Below, in pieces: positions 13,860-28,500 of a stretch of 64,000 bases of DNA. The stretch spans positions 1,984,001 through 2,048,000 of the forward strand of contig OZ176058.1 in assembly GCA_964247055.1 (NCBI GenBank). The letters are read 5' to 3'. Below the pieces are notes generated by a model. That model did no database searches. It saw nothing but the letters and a program-made list of their open reading frames with translations, and was not told where the DNA came from. Within the stretch, counting starts at the first letter, position 1. Every line of letters starts with the position of its first letter. The translations under genes and the position numbers were made by a program. This stretch comes from Paragordius varius (Eukaryota; Animalia; Nematomorpha).

Positions 13860-15415
13860 ATTTCAATAATATTTTATAAGAATGAAATGTTTTAAAAATT
13901 CATAATTTTAAAATATATTTATATTATTTTAGAGAAAAATATAAAATTTATATTATTTTATGATTATTTTTTTAGAGAATAATATGTTTTTATATTTATA
14001 AAAGATTGGCTCAGACTGGGGCGGTAAAATAATAAATATCACTTTTGTTAAAATCAAAACTCACGAAAACCAATCATCATAGCATTCATATGGGGTTAAT
14101 TCATTAAAATATATTCTAAAATATGTTTAGTTAAAATGTATATATTTTAAATTTTCAAATGTATTGAAATATATATTATTATTATTGAATGAAATATTAT
14201 ATAAATAAAAATCATAATTATTTTGAAGTTTAATGTTTCTAAAAAATAAGCCATCTATTTATCATCTATATGTTCAACACAATCAAAATTTACATAAATA
14301 CAACCTCTACAATTGTGAAATATGTAAATATATAAATAGTTTTCTATAATAGCAAAAACAAATTATTTATGTAAAACTTATTTAAAGGAATAAACCTAAT
14401 TTTTTTTGGAAAAGTCAACGAGACATTTTTATACATTAATATTTTCTAACATAAACTATATAATTACAACTTTTAAATGTATCGTCGAGAATTTACATAT
14501 CCATTTTTTATTTATTTTGCGACCCAAAAAGAGGATATACAAAATTCATTTTTTAACGTTTTTATTAAAGAAAAAGGAGGCAAAAAGTTTGAGATGATTA
14601 TTTTTTTAATTTTACATTTTTTTCTAAATAAAAAAAGTGACGCATGTTAAGCAAGTACATTTTTAAATGTGTCCAAACTTTAATTCTTTTTAGGGTACTT
14701 TAATTTAAAATCACTAAGGGGTAAATCCCCCAAAAAGGTAATAAAATGTTTGTAATTTAACTCATTTTTTAAGCTTTTCTTCTTGTGAATCATCCGAATG
14801 ACCCTAATATTAAAATGACTAAAAAATATAAATAGAACAAAGTATTTAGAACGGTTTAATACCGTTGGGTTTTTTAAAAGTGTTTTATTTTTTTGGATAA
14901 TGCCCCCAAAATAGGTTTGCGTCTAAAATTAATATTTATTTTAGGTGAAATATAAAGAAATTATGATAAATTAAGGTTAATATTTTAATCCAATACTCTA
15001 AAAGTGTTTTCTAACCGCAGTTTTCCAACTCATAATAGTATGTTTTCAATTTCATACAAACCTGGCTAGCCCATTATTTTCTTGTATAAACTAACTTTGT
15101 GAATGAAATATGGAATGGAGAAATAAAAATTTTGATATTAAATTTTGTTAATTTGTTCAAATACTTTGATATTAATTGGATAGATTGATATTTGATATTC
15201 TTCTAAAACAACCAAAACGGGTAATTATCATTCTATCTAATCAAAGTAATTTATTAAAACTATTATAAATTTTATTGAAAATTCCATATAAAAAATTTGT
15301 GCGCTATTTTTATTCCAAATTTGGTGTTGATTTGTCCCAAATACTTCACTATGTAATAATTGCATAATACAAGGTATTTTGAAATATAATTATGAACACT
15401 ATATGTATTGTGAAA

Positions 15416-15701
15416 TACAGTAAAAATTGAAATTATAAGGATAAAACGTAAAAATATAAAGACAATTTTTTCCAAAAGACAACCATACTTTTTGAAACCT
15501 TAATTTTTCTCATATAAGCAATTTTGTTACAATTGTAAAATGTAGTATTGATTGTTAGTATTATATATCTTTACACTTTGCCATTTTAAAAAATGAGTTA
15601 TACTGATATAAATTTAGATTTATAAAGTATGGTTGCCCTTTAGAAAAAAAATTTGCCTTTATATTTTTACGTTTTGTCCGTATAATTCCAGTTTTTCTGT
15701 A
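15416..15701. mobile_element. MITE family 1, full copy
   Basis: Both TIRs present, TA flanks. Confidence 0.85.
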
Positions 15702-17427
15702 CTTTAAAACCTTAATTAATCCTATCAATTACAATCGTAAAATACATAATTTATTGTGTTACCAATATATATCTCTATTATGTACTTTGCAATTTAAAAC
15801 AAGTTATATTTAAAAAAGGCAAGATTCAAAAAATATGAATGTCTTTTAGAAAAGAATATTAGTCTTTATATTTTAACATTTTGTCCATATAATTCCAATT
15901 TTTACTGTATTTTTCAGTAATTATATTAGAAGTTTGTATAGCAGATCCATTTTGAACAAACAACTGATTTTAATAGATGAATCAAATTTTGCTGTTGCTA
16001 ATAATTTTATTACATTTATAAATCTAAGTGATTAATCTGTTAATTTTATTATCAATTTACAGATAAATTAAGAAAAAAATATCTGCCGTAAAAAGTTTCA
16101 AATGTTTTATTTATAATTTTTACACTTTTAAATGTTTATCAAAAAAATGCTCTCCTACAAGATGACAGAAAGCATATTTAAATTTCATTATTCTGATTTT
16201 TCAAGCCTAAAACACACACTACTCAAAATGTAATCCTTAATTATTTTGATTAGATTTTGATTACCAAGAACTGCATTTAAAATTAAAATGATACTGACAA
16301 ATGTAAAAACGTAAGTACAAATGTTTTAATAAAAAACAACCCCATTACTTTAGACTTTAACCGATATAAAATATAACTCATTGCATTTAATTTGCAAAGT
16401 AGGGATAAAGATGTAAATTGGTAACACAATCAATTTTTATCTATTTTACAATTGTTTTAATTAATCAATATATGGGAAATATAGGTTTAAAAAAGTATGG
16501 TTGTCAAAAAGAGAATATTTGTCTTTACGTTTCTTTTGATACCATGCTCCTTTAAAAAAATATATTTAACATGTCGTTTGTTGAGAATATAGATTTTTTT
16601 GCTAATTTTGATTACAAAATTTCATATTTTTTTAAGATATCTATCAAATATATTAAAAGCTTTTAGGGCGAGCAAAAAGCAAATTTTCTAGGAACACATG
16701 ACGCTGTAAAATATTTGTAATATATGGACATATTTTGTAAAAACATCTAAAACTATATATCTAGGGGCTTTTACAATAAATTGCTTTTCTTAATTATTAA
16801 GTATTTTATAAAATATCCTTTTATTTTAAAAGGAATCTTTCTGCTTTGTGCCAAAGAATAATTTTGATCAAAAGATATTTTTTATTAGCAAATTGAGAAT
16901 AATAAAAAATATATCTGGCTTAAGGTAAATGATAAAAAAAAATTCCAACTTACTTTCATTAAAATTGGCCAATTAAAGGATTTACTTAACCATTATAATG
17001 GCTCTCTGCTGTACTATAAATTATTCATACAAAATATATCCTATTTTTCAAAAAGGATTCATAATATATATATTAGTTGTGGACTATATGCGACTTTTTT
17101 ACCCCCCAAGCAAATTTTTATTTTTTCATCCTTTTTTGACGTGTCTTCTTTTATGCATTCATGATATATAAATTTATATCCTATATGTTTTCGAATATCT
17201 CTTCCCCTTAAACAAAACAAAATGTTACCAACATACTTTTTTTATGACAAAATAGTTCTGTAAAATAAACATCACCTAGACATCTCTAAGAGTAGATCCT
17301 GTTTTATAAATTGTGATAACTTGAAATTTTTTTTAGCCTCAGAAATCATTTTTAGTATTTATTCTTTAACGAATCTTCTTTTAAATCTAAAATTCTCACA
17401 AAAACTTTATTTCCAAAGTTATCAAAA

Positions 17428-17816
17428 ATGTGTTCTTCAAAAATGATTTTTGGGTTTAGCTGTATACTCTTATGTATGCTTTCATCTTTTGGGGCGGATA
17501 AAACAAGTATATCGTCAGGAGTTCAAATCATAAATGAACCAATTAGAATTAAGGCTCCTTCAATGTCCATGGATCAAATGACGGATAAACTTCAACCCAT
17601 TATCTCAGAACTACAAAAAATGCAAAATTCAGTTAGTTCACAAAAAGATAATCTAGGAACCTCCTCCTCAGACACAATGAATAACATTTATGCAAAACTT
17701 AAAGATTATTTATCTTCAGATAATCAAAATAGCGAAAATGTATTTTCCGCGCTACTAAAATACTTATTATTCCGTTTGAATGTGGATAAGCTCGTTTCAG
17801 AACTTATCAATGAAAA
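17428..17816 (+). CDS. Secreted protein exon 1 (signal peptide plus putative pro-region)
   Basis: ATG 17428, open frame to donor GT 17817-17818. Confidence 0.78.
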
Positions 17817-19740
17817 GTTTTTTTTACCTTTTATAATTTTTTTGCAGTATAAAATTTATTAGTTTTATCGGTTAAAAATGCATTTAAACTTTTTGATATA
17901 TATTATATTTTTGATATTTTTTGCACTATTTTTCGACAAAAAAGGTCGATGATACTCAGTTTATAATCACTGTCATTTTATTAATTGGATTAGGATAAAA
18001 TAAATTTAACCTAAAGACTTTTGACATCGTAGCAGGAATGCTGACATTGATAGTTTTAAGTGGCATTTGCTATTAAACTGTGCAACAATTCATTATTTTA
18101 AAGTTATTCTTTTTTTTTCAAATTTATAAACTAGTACTGTTTTTGTATCATATTATGGTTAAATATTTTAGATTAACCTCTCTTTTGAAACAAAAATATA
18201 CATCTATAATGTTGAGTTGATTAAAACAAAATAAAAGTATATGTTGAAATAACTACAATCAATATCTGTTTAATAATATCTTTGAATGTAAAAATTTTGT
18301 TACAAATATATTATATATATATATATATATATATTGGCAAATCTAATAGACAATTAGTTTGAGGAGCTAACCATGCTTTTTATCCTTTTTTTCTTACATT
18401 GACTTACAAAAACGATTTTGATTTATAAATATTGAGTAAATTATAAATTTACGACTCTATTTCCGATTTCGGTATCCAAAACGTCAACTATTAATAAACA
18501 TTAAAGAGTAAAAAATATGATTTTGATTCTATTTACGTTTTGTCTGTATATTTAAATTTTTACTGGCATACACCATAATATTGCATAAAATAGCTTTTCT
18601 AAATTATATGATTTTTGTAACAATTAACTATATATTTTTTAAAATTGGAAATTTAAATTTCGATATTATTTGCATTTTCATACAAATTCCTTCATTAAAA
18701 ACTGGAATTACTTGATTTATAAAACCAAAATTTGTGTTTTCGATATTATTTTCATTTTTCGGTAAAATTTATATGAATTCCCAATAATTTATGTTTAGGA
18801 CTTTGGAATTAATTAAAAGCTTTACAACTAAAACGGATTGCGAACAAGAATCAAGCGATCTTTTAAAGGTGATCTGTATGTTGACTTCAGAAGAGAAACC
18901 CAAGATTTTAACTTACAACGGAGTTTGCGAAAAAACGTATATACATACCGAATTTTTTTTCATAGTCTTTTATTTTAATTTTAACATATTACCGTTTTAC
19001 TAATTTTTTAAATAATATTTTTAATTTTTTGACATTTTTAAGAAATTATTGTAAATCCTAAAACAATATATTTTTTAAATTAGGGATTTTATTTTTAAAG
19101 AGAATATAAAAAGTTCAAATATAGCATATATATACATATTTCTGTAGTTTTTTTTTTTAATTTATAGGATTGAATTATAATTGGTTCCATTATATTGAAC
19201 CTAAAACCGTTTATTGAACATTTCGAACGAAATTTTTATCAAATTGAGCCTAAATATGGCTAACTGGTTACTAAACTATTTAAGTTTTGTCTTCTTTAAC
19301 AAACTCCCCTTGAACCGTATGATCTTAGGCTAATATGGATGAAAAAAATAGCACTTACTCATATGTTAATGCGCTTTGTCTTTTATAATTCCTACATTTA
19401 TATATGCATATTGTATTCTAGATCACACGACTGTATTGAATCAACTCAACCATTTTACGTGTATTACCCACTCAGTAGTGTACTTGTTAACAATTCTCAA
19501 GTTCGTCAAGAAATTTCAGTTCCTAATTGCAGTCGGGCCTGTAAAGCTGATTACTGTCTCTTGCAAAATGTCTTGTTTTATAATTATACGGCGTATGTTA
19601 GTACATTGCTTAAGGCTCAAAATGCAATCCAACCTATTGGATTTGACTTAACAGACTCTGTAAAAAAAGTTGGTGGTGATGATAAAGTTGAAAATCAATT
19701 TTACATGAGAGATGTGTATGTTCCAACCTGTACACTTTAA
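17428..19740 (+). CDS. Predicted secreted Cys-containing protein, 281 aa, 3 exons (17428-17816, 18799-18936, 19422-19740); possible highly diverged TGF-beta/activin-like protein
   Basis: Hydrophobic N-terminus MIFGFSCILLCMLSSFGA. Three ORF blocks joined by GT-AG introns, both phase 2, with no stops. AATAAA at 19784-19789. C-terminus has GVCEKTSHDC...FYVYY...PNCSRAC...VYVPTCTL. The gene model is inferred and the family call is tentative. Confidence 0.75.
18799..18936 (+). CDS. Secreted protein exon 2
   Basis: AG 18797-18798, GT 18937-18938; encodes TLELIKSFTTKTDCEQ...TYNGVCEK; phase 2/2. Confidence 0.65.
19422..19740 (+). CDS. Secreted protein exon 3 (Cys-rich C-terminal domain)
   Basis: AG 19420-19421; encodes SHDCIESTQPFYVYYP...MRDVYVPTCTL, TAA ends 19740. 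Confidence 0.75.
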
Positions 19741-22091
19741 AAATATGTGTGTTTGTGGTTTGAAACAAAAAACCGTAAATTCTAATAAATAAATGATTGA
19801 GCAAACATTTTATTTTATTGCGTAATTTTTTAATTTAAGAATGATATTATACAGACAAAACGTAAAAAACAAGTGTTTTTCCCCCAAAAGACTGTTGTAA
19901 ATATTTTAAAATTGTTGTTTTTTCAGAATTAACTAATTCTATCAAATTTAAAGCAGGGATGTCATGTCTATCGCCGCAGCTTTGATAATTTGTTTTATTA
20001 TTTATTTTGAGTCCAATTTTTGGTGTATCTTTTAAATTTTCCGTATATTTTTAATTTAATTCCAATTTTTATTTTTCAACATTTTTAGAGCGCACTTTTA
20101 CGTATATACCCAAAACAGCGTGTTGAACAGCTCTGTTTTAAAGTGTGTGTAATAGAGATGTAAAATGGTAACACTTTAATTATAAATAAAATTGTAATAA
20201 AATAAAAATTTATAAAATAAAAATTAAGATCTAAAGGATTGTTTTGAAAAACATATTTATCTTTAAGATGGCATTTTCTGCCAAATTTTGTGAATTTCTA
20301 ATTCCTCTTATGTTTTACATTTTGTTTTTCCGGTATTTGCATTTTCTTTGTATTTTGTAAAAGAATCTAGATGAGGAACTCAAATTTACTATGCGAATAA
20401 TCTGATAAAGATTTTTCATAAAACCATACCTGACTTAACCTTAAAAACTAAAAAATTTGAAATGTCAAATATATTTGGTAATAATTTTATAGTCTAAAAT
20501 TTTGAGATGTAAGACATCATATTGGATATTTACTTAGGTTAGTTTTGAGTTGGGTCTTTCACCGAAACTCCTGGCTGCTTATTAACAAAGTAGGTGAAAA
20601 TTTAAAAATTCATCATATAGCATAAATCATTTGGTTAAATAATTTTTCTTTTCAGTAATTTGACTAAAATTTATAATTTATTTAAATTTTTTATAGTTAC
20701 GAAGGAAAAATCATTTGAAATAAAGTTTTATTTTATTTCAACCATTTTTTTCAAAATTTAAAACTATAAATTAGTTTATATACAGTTAATTCAAATAACC
20801 CCCTCGATATAAGCTTCTAGAAAAAACTATCGAGCTTATTTCCGATTATGGAAAATTCCAGTTTGTGTAAAGTTTTAATCGTATAAAATTAACTTTATTT
20901 TTCCATAAATTTGTGTAATAGAGTTAATTAATTAATTAATTTTCCTAAAAATATCTGTCTTACATTTAACATCTTATATATTATTTGGATGAAAAACTAA
21001 ATATTAATTGATATTTAGAAAGGCATATTTTTATTAGCATAAATAAAAAAATTTTTTTGCCTTTTATAAAATGACTAACTGTCAAGGTTTCGAGGTCATT
21101 TCAAACTAAAACGCGACAAATATTGTTATTTCTTTCACAGGTGTATTTATGTCTTTAAAATTAATTACAAAATAATTTTCTCTTTTTTTGCAAAACGATA
21201 TTATGAAAAATAATTCTTTATTAAAATATTTATTCTGGGTATCGATAATCCCAATGCTTATGATTTCAAGTATGTAACAATTAAAAATAAATTTTTTTTA
21301 TTATTTTTTGATATCAATCTTATTTTTGTTTTAAACCAATAAATACAGTCACGCTTAAAATAATTTGAAATTTTAAATTATTGCCCTAAATAAAATATTA
21401 TTGATACGAGAATAACTTTTATGTGCAAAGTACGCATATTTTTAAAATATACGTAAAAATCGAAATTTTACGGACAAAAAATAAAATTATAAAGACAAAT
21501 ATTTTTTTACAAAAGACAACCTTACTTTTTAATCCATTATTCAAATTGTTTTAAATATTCAAAGTATAAAATAGGATATAAATTGGCACAATCAATTATA
21601 TATTTTAAGAATGTAATTAAATGATTTTAGGATAAATTAAAGTTCAAAAAATATGGTTGTCTTTTAAAAAAAAATTTGTCTTTATATTTTCACGTTTTGT
21701 CCGTATAATTTAACTCAATTTATATAATCGATCCAAGTTAAGTTCATCTTTTCACAAACGTACTTAGTATTGTGTGTGTTTTGGAGCTCTTAAAAAAAAC
21801 CTCATAAACTATATACAGTAAAAATTTAAATTATACAGACAAGACATAAAAATTAAATGACAAATATTCTTTGTTATGAAAATTGTCCGTAAAATTTCAA
21901 TTTTTAACGTTAAATTTACCCCTTATTTTTTGCAAAAATGGTTATAATGGGGATAATGAATTAAATAATTTACCTCTCTATTGGTATGTCCAAAACGATA
22001 GGTTACCTACATAAAAAATCATGGTTTAAAAAAATCTTTGTCTTTTATTTTAACGTTTTTCTGTATAATTTCAAATTTACTATAACATATC

Positions 22092-22382
22092 CAGTAAAAA
22101 TTGATATTATACGGATAAAATGTAAAAATAAAAGACAAAATTTTTATTTCAAAAGACACCAATTTTTTTTAAACCTTTAATTATCCTATATATACATTTA
22201 ATCACAATCATAAATAAATAATTAATTGTGTTACCACATTTCTATATTATACTTTTTAGTTTAAAATAATAAGTTATATTCAAAAAACCAAGATTAAAAA
22301 GTATAGTTGTTTGTCTTTTAGAAAAAACTATTTGTCTTTATATTTTTTTAGTTTTGTCTGTATAATTCCAATTTTTACTGTA
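22092..22382. mobile_element. MITE family 1, full copy
   Basis: Both TIRs present. Confidence 0.85.
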
Positions 22383-22687
22383 TATATATGTGTATAGTTG
22401 TGATACCATATATAGCATATCCATTTTTACCTCAACCCAGACCACCTCATGCTAAAATTCCTTACGATATAAGTTTATTCGCAAAACGATTAAATCCATA
22501 TGGTTAATATTTTGATGATAAAATTTTTGAATTTAATTTAGACCACAATATTCAATTTTTTACAAAATGATATATGTAAACTCCACAAAATTCAAAATAA
22601 AATGAAATATATTTTACTCTAAAGATTGATAAATTACTTTTATATATATATATATATATATATATAATTATAATAAATGAAAATTGA

Positions 22688-22960
22688 TACAGTAAAATCA
22701 AAATTATTTAGCCAAAATGTAAAAATATAAAGACAAATTTTTTCATTGAAAAATAACTATGTTTTTTAACTCCAAACTATAGTGATTTATTTGCAATGTA
22801 AGACATAGAATTGATTATATATCTCGATTATTTACTTTACCATTTGAAAAATTGAGTTAGTTTTAAAAAAATAAAAAAATTAAAAAGTATCATTGTGTTA
22901 AAAAAAATATTTGTCTTTATATGTTTACGTTTTGTCCGTATATTTTTAATTTTTACTGTA
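22688..22960. mobile_element. MITE family 1, full copy
   Basis: TACAGT...ACTGTA termini. Confidence 0.85.
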
Positions 22961-23623
22961 TAACTCACTGTTTTTAATTCTTAAGTATGAAATAGAAATT
23001 TAAATTTACAATCATCCATTATTGATTGATTTTGTATTATAGTTTTAAAAGGGTATATTTTATTAGGGTTTATTAAAAGAATGGTCATCCTTGATACAAA
23101 AAAAATTGTCTTTTAATTTTTATGTTCTTTGTTTATATAAATCAAACTACTTCACTGGAAAAATTCATGTTAATTTTGAGTAATAATTTACGAAAAATCC
23201 GCATTGTGCCTCAAATACGCACTAAATATGCGCTTACAAATTTCACTTTTCACTTTGAAATAAATTATGTCTTTTCGAATATCAAAACTTACCTTAATTT
23301 TTTGATATTTTTTAAAGGAATTTTATTTTAAATTAATATAATACAGAAAAAATAGTATGGCAAACAGAAATATTTTATACTAATAATGAGTTCAATTAGC
23401 CTATATTTTTAGGGTGAATTACAAATGTTCGAGAGTTAATTTGAAATCTAAAATATATATAATATGAAATTATTAATCAGTCAATAAACAATTCTCAAAA
23501 ATAAATCCTAAAAGGGCTATCTGAATGTCTGATTATGATTTATAAGAAACATACATATTAAAAAATCAAAATATATCTTTCTTAAAAGAGATTTCAATTA
23601 AATCTTTTTTTAAAACGTCAAAT

Positions 23624-23871
23624 CAGAGGTGTCCAACATGCTGCCCTCCAAAATTCTGTAGCTACTAAAAATTAAATACATACAATAAGGAAAAATATTT
23701 TTAAACAAATTTTCTATATATCTTTTTGGGAAAAAAACTAGAAAATAAATAGTAGTTTTTACAGTTTTATGTTTGAAATCTAATGAAATATTTGATAATG
23801 TCCAAATATTTTGGACTTGTGGCCTTTCAGATTTTTTTAAAGTCATTTTTATATGTTGGACAACACCCCTG
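23624..23871. mobile_element. hAT-like MITE
   Basis: CAGAGGTGTCCAACAT...ATGTTGGACAACACCCCTG imperfect TIRs; no clean 8-bp TSD. Confidence 0.55.
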
Positions 23872-23940
23872 GGTTAATTAATGCAGAATTATCTCAACAC
23901 AAATTTAATGCTTAAAAATGGAATTAAATAGTTAAATATA

Positions 23941-24209
23941 TACAGTAATAATTAAAACTATACGGACAAAACGTAAAATTATAAACACAAATTTTTTAAG
24001 ACAATGATACTTTTTCAAACTTTAATTTATCCCTTTGAAATAATTTAATCACAATCTTATGATACATAAATTGTGTTATCAATTTATATCTTAATTTTCT
24101 TTCTACTTAACAATGAGTTATTATAGATTCAAAAAGTATGGTTATCTTTTAAAAAAAATATTTGTCTTTCTATTTTTGTGCTATCCGTATAATTTCACTT
24201 TTTTCTGTA
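23941..24209. mobile_element. MITE family 1, full copy
   Basis: TACAGT...CTGTA termini. Confidence 0.82.
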
Positions 24210-24597
24210 TATAGTTATTTCGAAATATAACTACAAAATAAAAATTTATTTAATTTAATAAAAACCGATTGAAATATATGGTTATTTAAATATCTAATAA
24301 AGGATTTGAACCTATTGGCGGAATATTTTTAAAACCTATCTAATTGCCATTATAATTATAGTTTTAAAAAGTTTCCGGATTTACAAACAAAGAAAAGTTT
24401 TATATTTTCGTGTGGGAATATATTTTGCGTTAACCAATAAAATTATTTTTTTAAAATACTACTTTGAAATTAATTTTTATTATACTTAAGAAATATTTCT
24501 TTATAATTTTAATATGCTTAAAATATATTTTTTATAAAAATAAGTAATATTATGGTTAGATTGGTTCAGAGAGTCTAAATCGAATCAAGTTTATATA

Positions 24598-24809
24598 TAC
24601 CATTAACAGTTTAAATTCACCCATGAACAATTACCCTCAAATAAATTATGTGTTTTTTTGTTAAAAAGTACCTATATTTTGTATTATTTTTAAAATATGA
24701 AATTATGTTAAAAATTAATATAATGATAAAAAAATAATAAACTATGTCGTAAAAATATATTTTATATTAATAATGCGTTTAAAAGGGTAAATTTTAATTG
24801 TAAATGATA
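24598..24809. mobile_element. MITE family 2, copy
   Basis: TACCATTAACAG...GTAAATGATA. Confidence 0.78.
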
Positions 24810-24983
24810 TATATTAACAAATTTAATCATAAATTTATTAAATATTAAATTTATTAAACAAATAAATTTATTACAAATATCCTATTTAATTGTTTGATTG
24901 CATATGCGAATTGTGGTGCATAGTTATTGCATATTATTAGATTGAATACTGTTATATAAAATAGATTATATAAAAAATTAATT

Positions 24984-25249
24984 TACAGTGAAAATTGAAA
25001 TAGTATACAGACAAATGGTAAAAGGTATAAAGACAAATTTCATTTTCAAAAAAAAGGCAACTCCGTAAAATTTAAAATTTTTTAAATATAAATCATGTGA
25101 TTATATTATCAAATAGGTGATTAACTTAACAAATTTTAATTTATAGTTTATTAGAAAAATCAAGGTTTTAAAAAGTATGGTTGTCTTTTGTGAAAAATAT
25201 TCTTAAGTTTTTATACCTTTTATCTGTATATTTCGCCATTTTTACTGTA
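24984..25249. mobile_element. MITE family 1, diverged copy
   Basis: TACAGTGAAAATTGAAA...TTTTTACTGTA. Confidence 0.78.
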
Positions 25250-25391
25250 ATAATATATAGTTATAAATAAATCATATATATATAGGTTAGCAATAAATTC
25301 CAAGAAGAAAGATTTAAACAATTTTGAAAATTTATAAACGAATATTATTTTTTTAGAACTTTTTCAAAAAATTTTATTAAATTTGCGCAAA

Positions 25392-25533
25392 TCAACTGAT
25401 CACTTGAATATGGAGATAGCCTTCGATATCAGTCAACTCTTTAAAGACAAAACTTATCAAAATAGTTTTATTTCCCGTTTCTTTGGGGGTTAAATTTGCT
25501 TCTAACTGGGCTAATTTTTGAGCTGGTATATCT
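25392..25533 (-). CDS. Transglutaminase exon 17 (last)
   Basis: [50 protein letters not shown] at 25394-25392. Confidence 0.93.
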
Positions 25534-28500
25534 CTAAAATATAAGAATTAAAAAAGGTTGAAAAATTATACGGATGTAAAATTATATACACCCTTTTTAT
25601 ATAAAATAGAAGTATTTATACATTTATTCCATAATTTAGGCTAAATAATTACCTATCTACCTCTATTCTTAAAATATTTATCATATTTTATATATGGTTT
25701 TTCCTATTATCAAATTAATTTTATTAACCGAAATATTTTAAATCAAAATATAGTTTCAAATTATTGCTAATTTTTGAGCTGGTATATCTCTAAAATATTA
25801 GGAATTTAAAAATGGTTGAAAAATTATAAGGACAAAATGTAAAATTATAAACACCCTTTTTATAAAATACTTTTAAAATATTAGGAATTTAAAAATGGTT
25901 GAAATTATACGGACAAAATGTAAAATTATATACAACCTTTTTATATAAAACTTTTAAAATAGTAAGAATTTATACATATTCCATAATTTAGGCTAAATAA
26001 TTACCTTTATTCCAAATTATTTATCATATTTTATACAAGGTTAAAAATAAATCTTATTAAACTAAATATGATAAATCAAAATATAGTTTCAAATAATTGC
26101 TTTTTGAGCTGGTATATCTCTAAAATATAAGAATTTGAAGAAATTATACGGACAAAATGTAAAATTATATGCACCATTTTTTATATAAACTTTTAGTTTA
26201 GGTTTAAATATAATCTCATAATTTAGGCTAAATAATTACCAATTCTTAATTATTTACATATTTTATACAAGGTTAAAAATAAATCTTATTAAACTAAATA
26301 TTTTAAATCAAAATATAGTTTCAAATTATTGCTAATTTTTGAGCTGGTATATCTCTAAAATATTAGGAATTTAAAAATGGTTGAAATTATACGGACAAAA
26401 TAAAAAATTTTTTACATACTTTTTATATAAAACTTTTAGAATAGTTTAAGTAATTATACATTTATTCCATAATTTAGGTTAAAAATTATCATAATCTTAA
26501 AATATTTTTCATATTTTATACAAGGTTAAAATAAATCTTACCAAACTAAATATAATAAATCAAAATATAGTTTCAAATTTTTGCTAATTTTTGAGCTGGT
26601 ATATCTCTAAAATATAAGAATTCAAAAATTGAAGAAATTATACGGACAAAATGTAAAATTATATACACCCTTTCATAAAATAGTTTAGGTATTATACATT
26701 AATCTCATAATTTAGGCTAAATATTAGCCACCTCTATTCTTAAAATATTTATCATATTTTATATAAGGTTAAAAATAAATCTTACTAAACTAATTAAATC
26801 AAAATATAGTTTTAAATTATTTTGAGTTTATGATAAATATTCCAAAATAGTAAGAATTAAAAAATGGTTGAAAAATTATACGGACAAAATGTAAAATTTT
26901 TACACCCTTTTTATAAAACTTTTAAAATAGTTCAAATTTATAATTTTAATTTAGGCTAAATATTACCTACCTATATTTTTAAAATATTTATAATATTTTA
27001 ATGATTTTTTTATTAACAAATTAATCTTATAAGAAATATATTAAATCAATATATAGTTTCAAATTATTGATAAGTATATGATTTATCTCTAAAATATTAA
27101 GAATTTAAAAATCTAAGAAATTATATGGACAAAATGTAATACACACTTTTTATATAAAAATTTTAAAATATAAGTATGATCTCATAATTTATACTAAATA
27201 TTTACCTACCTACCTCTATTCTTAAAAAAATTATCATATTTTATATACAGTTTTTACTATTAAGAAATAAATCTTACTATACTAAATATATTAAATCAAA
27301 ATATAGTTTCAAATTATTGAAAAATTTATGATAAATTTCAAAATATTAGGAAATTAAAAATTGAAGAAATTATACGGACAAAATGTAAAATTTTATACAC
27401 ACTTTTTATATAAAACTTTTAAAAAAGTTTAATTTTAAGTTAAATTTATTCCATAATTTAGGCTAAATAATTAACTATATTCTTAAAATATTTATCATAT
27501 TTTAAACATGGTTTTTCCTGTTAACACATTAATATTATTAAAAATATTTAGAATCAATATATAGGCTCAAATTATTGATGAGTATATGATTTACTAAAAT
27601 ATTAAGAATTTCAAAATGGTTAAAATTATACGGACAAAATGTAAAAATTTTTACATAGTTTTTATAAAATAGTTTAAGTATTTATACTTTTATTCCATTA
27701 TTTAGGCTAAATTATTACCTTTATTCTTAAAATATTTATCATATTTTATATAAGGTAAAAATAAATTTTAATAATCGAAATATATTAAATTAAAATATAG
27801 TTTCAAATTAATGATGAATTTATGATAAATATTCTAAAATAGTAAGAATTTAAAAAATGGTTGAAATTATACGGACAAAATGTAGAATTATATGCACCCT
27901 TAAAACTTTCAAAATAGTTTAATTATTTCATTTTCTCATAATTTAGGGTAAATAATTACCTTTATTCTTAAAATATTTATCATATTTTATACATGGTTAA
28001 AAATAAATCTTATAAATATTTAAAATTAAAATATAGTTTCAATTTATTGATGAGTATATGATTTATTTCCAAAATATAACACTTCAAGATTAATTTCCTT
28101 AAATATAAAATTTATAAATCTTTTATCATATGCCTGATTTTTGAAGAAACCATAATTTTTTAACCAAAAAATTTCATTTCAAAATATTTTTTAAAGTATA
28201 ATATTAAAAAACCTGCTTGGAATTTCTTTGGGTTTTTTAAGGCCTGGCCCTTCAATAACCCATTTGGCCTGAGTTAAGGGAACATTCAAAGGATTCATAA
28301 ACGATGCAATAACTTTACAAGCTTTTTGATATTGCAATGGTGTAGGTGTGACCTGCGCATATAAAATAAGATTTAATTTTTAAATTAAAATATTATATAT
28401 ATATATATTAAATTTTTTTATATATAGTTAAAAACTAAAATCTAATTTCTTTTTTTGTAAAAACATTAAAATCAAACCTCATTTAATTCTATTTAATTAT

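Noticed and set aside
14003-14075. CCAAT and GC-box cluster (GATTGG, GGGGCGG, CCAAT) as a promoter
   Set aside because: It is 3.4 kb from the nearest ATG, and short motifs alone are insufficient.
19168-19260. Good-looking acceptor (TTTATAG) as an extra exon of the secreted protein
   Set aside because: All three phases hit a stop within 17 codons, and the direct exon 2 to exon 3 join is in frame. It could be a minor terminal exon but is unsupported.
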